Source: Desulfobacterales bacterium (GTDB lineage: Bacteria; Desulfobacterota; Desulfobacteria; Desulfobacterales; C00003060). Taken from it: a stretch of 64,000 nucleotides of DNA. Below are positions 24,348 to 34,174 of the stretch, in pieces. The stretch covers positions 6,845 to 70,844 of the forward strand of contig JAUWXF010000001.1 in the NCBI GenBank assembly GCA_030616475.1. The letters run 5' to 3'. Under the pieces are notes generated by a model. It was not told where the DNA came from and did no database searches. It saw only the letters and a list, made by a program, of their open reading frames with translations. Positions within the stretch are counted from its first letter, which is position 1. Each line of letters opens with the position of its first letter. The translations under genes and the position numbers were made by a program.

Positions 24348-26003
24348 ATGTTTTACACAATCACCCTATATGCTTCCCTGGCCATTTTCGGTATTGGTTT
24401 GGTCTACAAGATATCGGCCTGGTTCCGATACAAGATCGGCCGAGATGCCAGAAATATTTCGGTCTCAACCAGGATTTCTGCAGCCATAAAGGGGATTCTA
24501 TCGACTCTTTTCAGTGCAAAGATCGGTATACTGCTTAAGGTCTTTATCCTGGATGTACTCCTTCAGACATGGTTATTGAGGAAGGACTTTGTCCGGTGAT
24601 TGGCCCACATATGTATCTTCGGCGGTTTTATGTTGCTCCTTTTGATGCATGCGCTGGAGAAGTACATTACCTCGGTTCTATTTGCAGAGTATTATTCGAC
24701 CCTGAACCCTTTTATGTTCTTAAGAGACCTCTTTGGCGCCATGGTGATCGTGGGGTTAGCCCTTGTCCTTTATCGAAGATTTTTTTCTAAGAAAGCCCGT
24801 CCCACAACGAGTGGTATGGATTACTACGCCATCATCATCCTGGCTGCCATTATGATCCTTGGTGTTCTGTTGGAGGCAACCAAAATAGTATCGCATTCCA
24901 GGTATGAGGAGATGGTGGAAGAATACGCCATGTTGGAAGAAGAAGAGGCGATGTCTCTTGAGGCCTACTGGGTCGAAAAATTCAGTGTGATTTCCCCTGA
25001 CGTAAAAGGGCCTTTTGATAAGGATACCCTGGAAGAGGGTAAGGGATTGCACGAAATGAGCTGTGCCGACTGCCACTCCCGTCCCCAATGGGCATTCATG
25101 GGCTATGCCGTAGCCAAGGTAATTCAGCCTGTATACTTTGCCCATACTTTCATGTGGTATCTACATTTCTTAGCCTGCTTCATTGGCCTGGCCTATCTTC
25201 CTTTCAGCAAATTTTTCCACATCTTTGCCACCCCTGTGACCCTCCTTCTCAATGCTGTGATGGAGCGAGGAAAATCAGATCCGGCCAATATGGCCACCAA
25301 GCAGGCTATTGAACTGGACGCCTGCATCCGCTGTGGCGACTGCACGACGCGGTGTTCTGTTGCCGTGGCTTTTAAACAAATTCCCAATCCGAACATCCTT
25401 CCGTCTGAGAAAATGGCTGCATTAAGGGCCCTGGTCTCTGGCAAGAAACTGAGTGAAAAAGAACTTCGGACTATTCAGGAAGGGAGCCATATCTGCACAG
25501 ATTGTCATCGTTGCACGGATGTCTGTATGGTAGGCATCAACCTGGAGGACCTGTGGTTCAGCATGAGAGATAATCTGGCTCAACTGGGGTATCCGAAACC
25601 CGAGGCTTGGGCCAGAGAGGCCATGCGTGCTGATTACGGTTTGACAAAGATGAAGGACAAGACTTTATCCCTTACACCTGCTGACAGAGGATTCTTAGGG
25701 GAATTAACCGGCTCGGCACAGGCCAGTACCTTCTCTGTCTGCTTTGGGTGTGAGAATTGCACCAATGTGTGCCCTGTGGTAGGCAACTATGAGAACCCGC
25801 AGGAGGTCGTGGGTTTAATGCCGCATCAGATCATGCACACCCTTGCGTTGGGCTGCAGAGATCTCGCTTTAGGCTCCAGTATGCTGTGGGACTGTGTGAC
25901 CTGCTACACATGTCAGGAGTACTGTCCCCAGGGGGTATGTATAACCGATGTGCTTTATGAGCTGAAGAACCTGGCATTTCGTCAGTTGAAGAAGGTGGCC
26001 TAA
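24348..26003 (+). CDS. Membrane NarI/HdrE-like domain fused to an HdrC-like FeS domain with four Cys-cluster motifs. The frame is interrupted by an in-frame TGA at 24597..24599.
   Basis: Track ORFs 24348..24599 and 24600..26003 share one frame. Hydrophobic helices with conserved His are present (LAHICIFGG, MHALEKY, HFLACF). Cluster motifs are CIRCGDCTTRC, CTDCHRCTDVC, CFGCENCTNVCP and CVTCYTCQEYCP. Confidence 0.7.
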
Positions 26004-26023
26004 CTTGTTAGGCACTTTTTATC

Positions 26024-26869
26024 ATGAAATATGCACTATTTCTGGGCTGTACCATTCCTGCCCGCCTGAAAGCGTATGAGTCTTCTTCAAGGGCTGTCTT
26101 AGGGAAGCTGGATGTCACCCTGGTGGATATCGACGAATTCAAGTGTTGTGGATATCCATTGAGAAACATCGACTTCAAGGCCTTTGTGCTCTCTTCAGCC
26201 AGGAATTTGGCCCTGGCTAAAAAGGAAGGCTTAGAGGTTATGACGCTGTGCAAGTGTGGCTACGGGACCTTGAAGAAGGCAGCGCATCTCATGAAGGAGA
26301 ATACTTCCTTACGAGAAGAGATCAATGCGATCTTGGCCGAGGAGGGCTTGCAATATGAGGCAGGGATTGACATCATGCATCTTCTCACGGTGCTTTATAA
26401 GGAGGTGGGGCTTGAGGCCATAAAGGAAAAGATAACGAGGCCTTATGAAAACCTCAAGGTTGCCACCCACTACGGTTGCCATGCCTTGCGCCCAAGTCAA
26501 GTCACCCAATTTGATGATCCTGTAGCCCCGACCCTCTTTGATGAACTTGTCAACATCACCGGTGCCAAGAGTATAGAGTGGTCCACCAAGCTCGAATGTT
26601 GCGGGGGCCCGTTGCTCGGGCTAAATGACGAGCTTTCTTTTGTTTTCAGAGACAAAAAGCTGTTAGATGCCAAAAAAGCGGGGGCTGACTATCTAACCAC
26701 CGGATGCCCATTTTGTCAGATTCAGTTCGACACGGTCCAAAACCACCACATCCCCTCCATTCTCTATTCCCAACTCCTGGGGCTTTGTCTGGGGTTGGAC
26801 AAACAGGCTCTTGGGCTCGACAGCAAGCGTACAGACATAGCAAAGATAGAGAATTTTTTGGCGCCGTAG
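26024..26869 (+). CDS. HdrB-like subunit (two CCG domains)
   Basis: 281-aa ORF with FKCCGYP and LECCGGP CCG motifs plus GCPFCQ. It starts 20 nt after the preceding gene. Confidence 0.9.
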   Translation: MKYALFLGCTIPARLKAYESSSRAVLGKLDVTLVDIDEFKCCGYPLRNIDFKAFVLSSARNLALAKKEGLEVMTLCKCGYGTLKKAAHLMKENTSLREEINAILAEEGLQYEAGIDIMHLLTVLYKEVGLEAIKEKITRPYENLKVATHYGCHALRPSQVTQFDDPVAPTLFDELVNITGAKSIEWSTKLECCGGPLLGLNDELSFVFRDKKLLDAKKAGADYLTTGCPFCQIQFDTVQNHHIPSILYSQLLGLCLGLDKQALGLDSKRTDIAKIENFLAP

Positions 26870-27024
26870 AGACGCCTGCCTGCCCCACACAATAAGCCGA
26901 TACACTGGTGAAGAGTTGTCCAAGGTCGGCACATGTCATCTGTCGCATAAAACACCCTTTCACGATTGGCACCCAGTGCCGTTGGCGGGCGGTGCGAAGC
27001 GATGAACGAACCTTCGGGCAAACG

Positions 27025-27059
27025 AAAAAGGGATGCTCGAAAACCAAGCATCCCTTTTC
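27025..27059. terminator. Bidirectional hairpin terminator between convergent genes
   Basis: AAAAAGGGATGCTCGAAAACCAAGCATCCCTTTT: a GGGATGCT/AGCATCCC stem flanked by A- and T-runs. Confidence 0.7.
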
Positions 27060-27091
27060 GTCTGTTCAGAGTTAGCTGAAAGTCCGGCTTG

Positions 27092-28438
27092 CTATTCTTC
27101 CTCTTCTATCTCAACACCGTCCCTTTCATACTGGGCATCTCGTTCTTCATGGGCCTTCTTGACCTCTTCCTCGCTCCACGGTTCGATGATCAGGGCCTCT
27201 GCCACCATCTCCCAGAGATAGAAGACCCTGGCGGTAACATTGAACTCCTTGCTGAGGGCCTTCATGATCTGGTCCCGGCAGTTGTGGCAGGGGGCGCAGA
27301 GCAGTTCGGCGCCTGTCGCGTTGATCTGGTCAGCCTTCCACTTGCCGTAGTCGAGCCGCTCCTTTGTATAAGGCATGGCCCAGGCCCCGCCGCCTGCACC
27401 GCAGCAAATGCCGTTTAGCCCGTGGGGTTCCATCTCAACTATATCTTCGTCATTGAACAAATGCTTGATTATGTACCGATACTCTTCCATGTAGTGCTGG
27501 CCAAAAGACATTTGTGACTTTCTAAAATAATTGCACGGCTCGTGCAGGGTTACCTTCTTGCCGGCAAACTTTGACTTATCTACCTTGATCCTGCCTGTTT
27601 CAAGGTATTCTTTTAAGACGTCATAAATACTTACACATCTGAATTCTTCAAAGGCCTCTGGAAACCATTTCGTGAAACCCAACCGGGTCGCAAAGTATGC
27701 ATGGCCTCATTCCGGATATAGGAGCGTCTTGGCACCTACCTTTCTGGCATTCTCAATCACGCGACCGACCTGCTCTTTCATGGCCTCATCATCACCGGAA
27801 AAAAGGCCCCAGTTGACCCCCTCCCAATTCTGCTTGGGCACCGTCCAGCTCTCTTTGGCCGCATAAAAGATCCGCCACCAGAACATCATGTCGTACGGCT
27901 CGCCCATGGGCTCCTTGGAGTTGATGGTGACAATAATGTTTGCCCCTTCCTTATCGACAGGGCAATAAAATCCCGGGTAGGGAGGATATTCCTCAGCGTC
28001 TTCTTCTTCCAGCTCAACAGTTCCTTCTTCCATCTCCTTGCTCAGATCGGCAAGCAAAAAGAGATAATCGAACTCGGGAATCCCAAGGTTGTTCCCCCTT
28101 TCCAGGTTCATGACAACCCCTTTGTGGATGACACCGGGGACCTTGTCGCGCTCACGATGCGTGCGCGCATTTCTCAAAAGTGACAACAGTTGAACCCCCT
28201 GGGGGCACGCATACTGGCACCGGCCGCACAGGGTGCAGATCCAGGGCCACCGGGAGTCGATCAGCTCCTGTTCCAGGCCCAGAAGCACGGCACGGACCGC
28301 CTTTCTCGGGTCCCAGCCGTCCACGCCCGTGACCGCGCAGCCGCTGGCACAGGTGCCGCACGTAAAGCATACGTCTGCCCACTCGGGCTGTACTGCCAGC
28401 TTGTTCTTTGGTCGTTTGGTCAGGTCTAAAGCTTCCAT
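27092..28438 (-). CDS. HdrD-like FeS/CCG-domain protein with an in-frame TGA (predicted selenocysteine) at 27707..27709
   Basis: Track ORFs 27707..28438 and 27092..27682 share one frame and are joined through ..LLYPE-TGA-GHAYFATRLGFTKW. The N-terminus has CFTCGTCASGC and CTLCGRCQYACP. The C-terminus has GICCGAGGG and CAPCHNC. The hairpin ACCCGGUUGGGU (27677..27688) lies 18 nt 3' of the UGA. Confidence 0.8.
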
Positions 28439-28488
28439 ACAAATCCTCCTAGGTCATCAAGGTTTCGTGGAAAAAATCGCATATACAT

Positions 28489-29376
28489 TTATACATTCTG
28501 GGCCAGCACAACACCGGGCTTGTCGGTTTCGACTATCTCTCCAGGCTTGCCCAGGAAGCTGGCATAATCGACTTCAACGCCTAACCGCTTTGCTGCTCCT
28601 TCGATGATGGGCGGAAGCTGGGGCTGGGTCAAGAGCACAAGGAGGTCAAAGGTTTCGGTCTTTTCACTGCCGTCTGCCTCATACTTGAGTTCAATGTCTT
28701 TGTTTTCGCCCACCTCGGCAGCATCAACCACCGTGCCATTGATGAACGTTATGCCGGAAACCTTGTCCAGGTCGCTGCCTGCACTCGTTTTAAAGGCGTC
28801 CATATTCGGGGATACAAAACTGATTTCGACTCCGTCTATTCTCTTCTGGGCAATGACGGCCTCATTGATCCCAAGGATAAGGGCGGCATCCCGGACCTTA
28901 TCATCAACCGATCCAAAGGTCTGTACAAACCCAATTTTTTTCGGAATCTCACCGTCCTGGGGGCGGAGGATGAACCCGTTGCTCGCCCCTGTGTCGGCCA
29001 GCATCCGCTCCACCTGTAGATCGGTGACCACGTTCATATGTCTGTTGCCATAGCTGCCGGCTATGGGCCTGATCTTTCGCTGCATCCCGGAACTAAGGAT
29101 AACTTCGTCCACTTCGAGGTCAAGATCTTCGTCCTGCATCTCAAAGTTGATCGCCTCAGGCTTGCACTCGGCCCAGCACAGGGCGCATCCGAGACATCGC
29201 CGGCAGGAAAAGCACCGCTTGGCCTCGGCAACGGCCACCTCTTCAGGGAACCCGGTTTCAACTTCCTTAAAGTTTCCCTGACGTTCTTCAACCTCAATCT
29301 CCGGCATCTCTGCCCGCTCGGCCGGAATATCCTGGAAGTCTATGATGTAGCGTCCCTTTTTCTCGTAGATATACAT
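28489..29376 (-). CDS. HdrA C-terminal-half-like protein (second part of a split HdrL-type enzyme)
   Basis: 295-aa ORF. FPEEVAVAEAKRCFSCRRCLGCALCWAEC aligns with FSEEDAQREANRCLNCGICCECMECVQAC of 12344..15757. It starts 1 nt after the stop of 29378..31048. Confidence 0.8.
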   Translation of the reverse strand: MYIYEKKGRYIIDFQDIPAERAEMPEIEVEERQGNFKEVETGFPEEVAVAEAKRCFSCRRCLGCALCWAECKPEAINFEMQDEDLDLEVDEVILSSGMQRKIRPIAGSYGNRHMNVVTDLQVERMLADTGASNGFILRPQDGEIPKKIGFVQTFGSVDDKVRDAALILGINEAVIAQKRIDGVEISFVSPNMDAFKTSAGSDLDKVSGITFINGTVVDAAEVGENKDIELKYEADGSEKTETFDLLVLLTQPQLPPIIEGAAKRLGVEVDYASFLGKPGEIVETDKPGVVLAQNV

Positions 29377-29377
29377 T

Positions 29378-31048
29378 CTACTTCTTCCCTCTCAGATATT
29401 TGTGAATCGATTCCGCTGCGGTTTTGCCACCTGCACAGGCCCGGACAGCAATATTTGCACCTGTGGCAGCATCGCCTGATGCAAACACCCCTTCCACATT
29501 GGTCTCAAAGGTCTTGGGGTTCACCTCAAAATTGAACTTTCTGCCGATCTTAAACCCGTGCTTTTCTTCAACCACACTGGTGTCCGTGACCTGGCCAATG
29601 GCGGCAAAGACGGTATCAGCGTCCATGACAAATTCCGAACCCTCAATCGGCACAGGTCTTCGCCTGCCGCTGGCGTCAGGTTCGCCAAGCTCCATTTTCA
29701 AACATTGCATCCCCACGGCCTTGCCATCCTTGACGACAACTTCCTGGGGGGCTACCAGAAAGTGAAACTTGATCCCCTCGTGCTCTGCCGCGTCTACTTC
29801 CCACGGGCTTGCCGGCATCTCCTTACGGGTTCGACGGTACAGCAGATTGACCTCGTCAAAGCCTACACGGAGACCAGTCCTTGCAACGTCCATGGCCACA
29901 TTGCCGCCGCCAACCACGATCGCTATACCCTTGTTGGGGACCTCATTGCCGAGGCCCGCGTCCCTCAAGAACTTAACACCCTCAAAGACGCCCTCGGCAT
30001 CCTCGTTCTTGACCCGCATGCTCATGCCCATATGGGCGCCAATGGCAACGAGAACCGCGTCATAGTCCTTTCGGATATCATCAAAGCTGATGTCCTTTCC
30101 AATCCGGACACCGCACTTGATCTCCACCCCGTGTTTTTCGACAAATTCAACATCCTTGGCCAGAATCGCCTTGGGAAGCCTGTATTCGGGAATCCCCACC
30201 AGAAACATCCCGCCGGGTTTGGGGAGGGCCTCAAAAACCGTTATGTTATTCTGATATCCGAGCAGTGCCAGGTGATAGGCACAGGTCAACCCGCTGGGGC
30301 CCCCTCCGATAATCGCGATCTTTTCAGGATAGGTCTCATCAGAAACGGTGATCGTGGGCTCAATGTCATTATAAACCTCGTGGTCGGCCACAAAACGCTT
30401 CAAGAAACAGATGCTGATCGGCTCATCCTTGTACCCGCGGTTGCACTCGAACTCGCACGGATGGGGGCACACACGCCCTATACTCAAGGGAAAGGGGAGC
30501 TTCTTTCGGATGGCGGCCAGAGACTCGGCATACTTCCCGTCTGCAATGTAGCCAACATATGTGCGAATATCTAAATTGATCGGACAGGTCCGCTGGCAAA
30601 CAGGCATATCCTCCTTGAACACATTGTAGTTGCCCGAACCTTTGTTGAAAAAATCAACAGCAGTGCGCCATTCAAGGGCCTCATTGTAGTCATCATACAT
30701 GTGGATCGGGCATACCTTGATACACTCCCCACAGTCATCACATTTCTCACGGTCAACCCGGGGTGTTCGACGGTGGATCTTGACCTTGTATTTGCCGTTT
30801 TCCCCGACCAGCGATCGCAGCTCAGCGCTATCTATGACCTGTATTGCCTTGTTTTCTTTTACTGCTGCCAAATCAGGCGCCGTGAAGAAATCACCATCAT
30901 TTATTATCCTGTCCTGCGAAATCCTTTCCCCGCCAATGCTGGGAAAGTCTTCCACCATAAAAACCTTATTGCCGGCATCGGCCTGGGCCAACGCCGCCCT
31001 AACGCCTGCAATACCGCCACCAATGATCAATACATTTTTCTCAGCCAC
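29378..31048 (-). CDS. HdrA-N-terminal-like + NfnB/GltD-like NAD(P)H:FAD module (first part of a split HdrL-type enzyme); GTG start
   Basis: 556-aa ORF with IIGGGIAGVRAAL, CDDCGECIKVCP, CPHPCEFEC, IIGGGPSGL, GGGNVAMD and DASGRRRP. Confidence 0.85.
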   Translation of the reverse strand: MAEKNVLIIGGGIAGVRAALAQADAGNKVFMVEDFPSIGGERISQDRIINDGDFFTAPDLAAVKENKAIQVIDSAELRSLVGENGKYKVKIHRRTPRVDREKCDDCGECIKVCPIHMYDDYNEALEWRTAVDFFNKGSGNYNVFKEDMPVCQRTCPINLDIRTYVGYIADGKYAESLAAIRKKLPFPLSIGRVCPHPCEFECNRGYKDEPISICFLKRFVADHEVYNDIEPTITVSDETYPEKIAIIGGGPSGLTCAYHLALLGYQNNITVFEALPKPGGMFLVGIPEYRLPKAILAKDVEFVEKHGVEIKCGVRIGKDISFDDIRKDYDAVLVAIGAHMGMSMRVKNEDAEGVFEGVKFLRDAGLGNEVPNKGIAIVVGGGNVAMDVARTGLRVGFDEVNLLYRRTRKEMPASPWEVDAAEHEGIKFHFLVAPQEVVVKDGKAVGMQCLKMELGEPDASGRRRPVPIEGSEFVMDADTVFAAIGQVTDTSVVEEKHGFKIGRKFNFEVNPKTFETNVEGVFASGDAATGANIAVRACAGGKTAAESIHKYLRGKK

Positions 31049-31081
31049 TTTTTATCCCTCTTGTTCAACATAGTTTAATGT

Positions 31082-31114
31082 CTCGTAAATTCTACGGCCT
31101 ATTGAAATCATAAC
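31082..31114 (-). promoter_or_regulatory. Motif A copy (degenerate) upstream of 29378..31048
   Basis: CTCGTAAATTCTACGGCCTATTGAAATCATAAC. Confidence 0.3.
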
Positions 31115-31188
31115 TCATCGTTCGCTTAATAAATTCGTACTTAGTACTTAGATTAATTCTTATATGGACCTAAATCTTTATCCCGTTT

Positions 31189-31402
31189 TGGTTTCAGGTT
31201 TCAGGGCACATGTAGGTTTCAGGTGTCAGTGTTCAGGTGTCAGGAAAGTAAAACGGCAGTGCTGAAACCTGATTGTCCCTGACACCTTTATATGTCCTGA
31301 CACCTGACACCTGACACCTCAATCCTCGGGTACGGGCCAGCCTTGAGGGAGGGGTTCATCATTGTCACTGCGTTCTCCCCTGAAACCCGAAACCTGAAAC
31401 CA
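31189..31402. repeat. Stutter-hairpin element of the TCAGGTGTCAGG / CCTGACACCTGA family
   Basis: GGTTTCAGGTTTCAGGG..GGTTTCAGGTGTCAGTGTTCAGGTGTCAGG faces CCTGACACCTGACACCTGACACC and CCTGAAACCCGAAACCTGAAACC. The same family occurs at 6866..6988 and 37533..37604. Confidence 0.8.
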
Positions 31403-31497
31403 GAGGAATATATATATCTTTTTATAGATTCTCAAAATTAACAAAAGTCTATCCCTATTAAGCGAATGATAAGATTCCATTAATCCATTAATTCCAA

Positions 31498-32280
31498 TTA
31501 GGGCGAAGCCCCTAACTTGTATAAAGGTGTATGATCCTTTACACTCTCCATCTCCACAAAGCCACGCCGCTTCAAACCGAGTATGTATTTCAAGGTCTCC
31601 GGAGGAGGAATTTCAAGCTCCTTCGCCAACTGCTTGACTGAGGCCGATTTGTTCTGCAAGGCTGCCAGAATGGAATGGGTGGCCATCTCGTCAATAACAA
31701 TGCCGCTTAAGGTGCGGTTTATCTCGTGCTCGGTAAAAACCTCATGATACTTGTTGCCTGTATCAACGAAGACAGGCTTTTTCCCAACGACCCACCGCAA
31801 TTTGGGCCCTGCAAGGGCCGTTTTGGCAATTTCAAGGTTCTCCTTGAGCTTTGGCAAGGGGACCTTGTCAGCCTCGCCTCCTAGTGGGCCGAGTTCTCTT
31901 ATCTCTGTGGAAAAATCGGTGACATGTTTCACAAAAAGCTCACTCTCCGCAGAAGAGAGGTTGCGAAATGACAACCGTCCCGGATTCATCCCTGCATAAG
32001 CGAGCATTTCCCCGGTCATGTTTATCTTGTGCCTGGCATTAAAATTCCCGCTCACATAATGACATTCGCCAAAAAGACAGCCGAGCACCAACAACCCATC
32101 AAGACCGTGAATAAAGGCATCAGCCATAATGACAGGGTCCATCCTGCCCGTGCACATAAGACGAATGACCCTGATATCCGTTGTGTATTGCATCCTGGAC
32201 ACGCCAGCGAGGTCACCTGCCGAGTAACCTCACCACGTGCAGCAAAAGGTCAATATCTTAGGGGTAAAATCCTCTGCCAT
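31498..32280 (-). CDS. MvhD-like domain (in-frame TGA, predicted Sec, at 32230..32232) fused to a C-terminal winged-helix-like domain
   Basis: ATG at 32278-32280 lies 8 nt after AGGAGG. My translation is [36 protein letters not shown].., continuing in frame into track ORF 31498..32202. The C-terminus ASVKQLAKELEIPPPETLKYILGLKRRGFVEM looks like a wHTH. Confidence 0.75.
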
Positions 32281-32296
32281 CAGGGATCCCTCCTTT

Positions 32297-32321
32297 TATA
32301 AAATCGCTCCGCGATTTTATA
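32297..32321. repeat. Family-5 mini-hairpin (TATAAAATCGC-TCC-GCGATTTTATA) directly 3' of the 32324 stop
   Basis: A perfect 11-bp stem. The same module occurs at 35785..35809, 46631..46655 and 53107..53129. Confidence 0.8.
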
Positions 32322-32323
32322 TG

Positions 32324-34000
32324 TTAAGCTGCCAGAAAACCGTGTATCTGGGCTTGTATTTGTTCGTCCGTAAACGAATTAATACCAAGGGCATGTCGGA
32401 AACAGGTCGCTGCACACACACCGCATCCCTTACATGCCACGGTAATAATGTTAGCCTTACGCCCTTCGTCAGTCTCCTCTATCTCCAGCGCACCGTAAGG
32501 ACAGAGCGCTACGCAGAGGCCACATCCGCGGCAGGCATCCCTGTCTACAAAAGTGGAGATAATCGGTTCGATCTTGATCTCGCCCTGTGCTAACGGAATA
32601 GAGGCACGGGATGCCGCTCCCAGGGCCTGCAAAATGCTTTCACGAACATCCTTGGGATAGTGGGCGCTGCCACAAAGGAAAATACCGTCTGTCGCACAAT
32701 CAAGCGGCCTTAGCTTCACGTGGGCCTCAAGGAAAAACTTGTTTTCATCCAGGGTAACCCTGAAGAGATTGGCAATCTTGACCGCGTCTTCACTGGCTAT
32801 CAGCGGCGTTGAGAGGACGACCATGTCCTGGGGTAGTTCAAGCTCTTTGCCCATAAGGTGATGGAAAACAGTCACCTTATCCTCTTCCACCACCGGCGGC
32901 CTTTCAGGATCATACTTGACAAACCGGACGCCAAGCTGTTTTGCCTTACGCAGCTCCTCTTCGTTCTCAACCCCGTACGCCATGATATCTCGATAGAGGA
33001 TATAAACCTTTGCGGCCGGATTCATCTGCTTGATCAGAATGGCATTCTTGATAGCTACCGCGCAGCATATACGAGAGCAATATTGTCTCTCCGCGCTTCT
33101 CGCCCCAACGCACTGGATCATCACCACATTGTTCCCATCGATCTTGCCGATCTTTAGTTTTTCCTCCAATTCCCACTGGGTAATAACCTTCTGGCCGTCA
33201 TATTGATACATACCTTCCGGCACAAGGTTGCCGGCCCCAGTGGCGATAATAACCACACCCAGCCTGACGTCTTTGGTGGTCCCGTTGGCGCTAAAGGTTA
33301 CATCAAACTTGCCGATAAATCCCTCCACCTTATCAATGGCGGCACCGGTATAAACATCGATATTGGGGTGGTCTTCAGCCTCTTTGATCTTCTTGCTTAT
33401 GACCTCAGAGGCATCCACATCCATTGGGGCCAGCCTGTTCAAAGATCTAAGCATGCCTCCCAGTTCTTTTTCCTTTTCCAGCAGTATCACCGGGAAACCC
33501 CGATTAGCCAGAGACGTGGCGGCTGTCAGACCGGCGATGCCGCCGCCAATAACAAGTGCCCTGACCTCCACCTCCGATGTAATGATCTCCTGAGGTTCAA
33601 GAAGTGCGGCCTTGGCTACACCCATGCGGATAAGATCCCTGGCCTTGGCCATAGCCGGTTCTCTTTCGTTCATGTGGACCCATGAGCATTGGTCTCTGAT
33701 ATTGACCATCTCAAACAGGTATGGGTTGAGCTCCGCCTCTGCACAGATTGACCGGAAAAGGGGCTCGTGGGTACGGGGTGAACAAGAGGCTACCACAACC
33801 CGATTAAGATTCTGCTCCTTGATCCCCTTCTTGATTTCATCGAGACCGACGTCTGAACAGGTATAAAGATTCCATTGGGTAAACACGACATTGGGCAAAG
33901 CAGAGGCATATTCATCCAGTGCCTCTACATCCAGATAGCCTGCGATATTGCTGCCGCACTTACAAACAAATACGCCTATTCTCAATTCTTCTTTTTCCAA
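32324..34000 (-). CDS. QmoB/HdrA-like flavoprotein (N-terminal HdrA-type Cys domain, FAD domain, C-terminal 2x[4Fe-4S])
   Basis: 558-aa ORF with [43 protein letters not shown] and CKGCGVCAATC. Confidence 0.9.
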   Translation of the reverse strand: MEKEELRIGVFVCKCGSNIAGYLDVEALDEYASALPNVVFTQWNLYTCSDVGLDEIKKGIKEQNLNRVVVASCSPRTHEPLFRSICAEAELNPYLFEMVNIRDQCSWVHMNEREPAMAKARDLIRMGVAKAALLEPQEIITSEVEVRALVIGGGIAGLTAATSLANRGFPVILLEKEKELGGMLRSLNRLAPMDVDASEVISKKIKEAEDHPNIDVYTGAAIDKVEGFIGKFDVTFSANGTTKDVRLGVVIIATGAGNLVPEGMYQYDGQKVITQWELEEKLKIGKIDGNNVVMIQCVGARSAERQYCSRICCAVAIKNAILIKQMNPAAKVYILYRDIMAYGVENEEELRKAKQLGVRFVKYDPERPPVVEEDKVTVFHHLMGKELELPQDMVVLSTPLIASEDAVKIANLFRVTLDENKFFLEAHVKLRPLDCATDGIFLCGSAHYPKDVRESILQALGAASRASIPLAQGEIKIEPIISTFVDRDACRGCGLCVALCPYGALEIEETDEGRKANIITVACKGCGVCAATCFRHALGINSFTDEQIQAQIHGFLAA

Positions 34001-34020
34001 TTTGATTCTCCGTGTGTTAG

Positions 34021-34132
34021 TTATTCGTTATTGGTTATTGGTTATTTGATTGTCGATTGTTGATTGTCGACTTTCGATTTGTTTTATTCAATCGTCAATC
34101 GTCAATCGTCAATCCAAAAATCATCAATCCAA
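34021..34132. repeat. Stutter-hairpin element (GATTGTCGATTG arm / CAATCGTCAATC arm)
   Basis: TTGGTTATTTGATTGTCGATTGTTGATTGTCGAC faces CAATCGTCAATCGTCAATCGTCAATCC. The same family occurs at 50900..50997, 59407..59618 and 62934..63008. Confidence 0.8.
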
Positions 34133-34174
34133 AGGTTCACGGTCTCATTCCGCATTCCGCACTCCGCATTCGAT

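Noticed and set aside
24597-24599. Selenocysteine at the TGA splitting the NarI/HdrC-like gene
   Set aside because: There is no paralogue with Cys at this position, the context suggests Trp (TGG), and I could not find a downstream hairpin. It is kept as an open question in the findings rather than called Sec.
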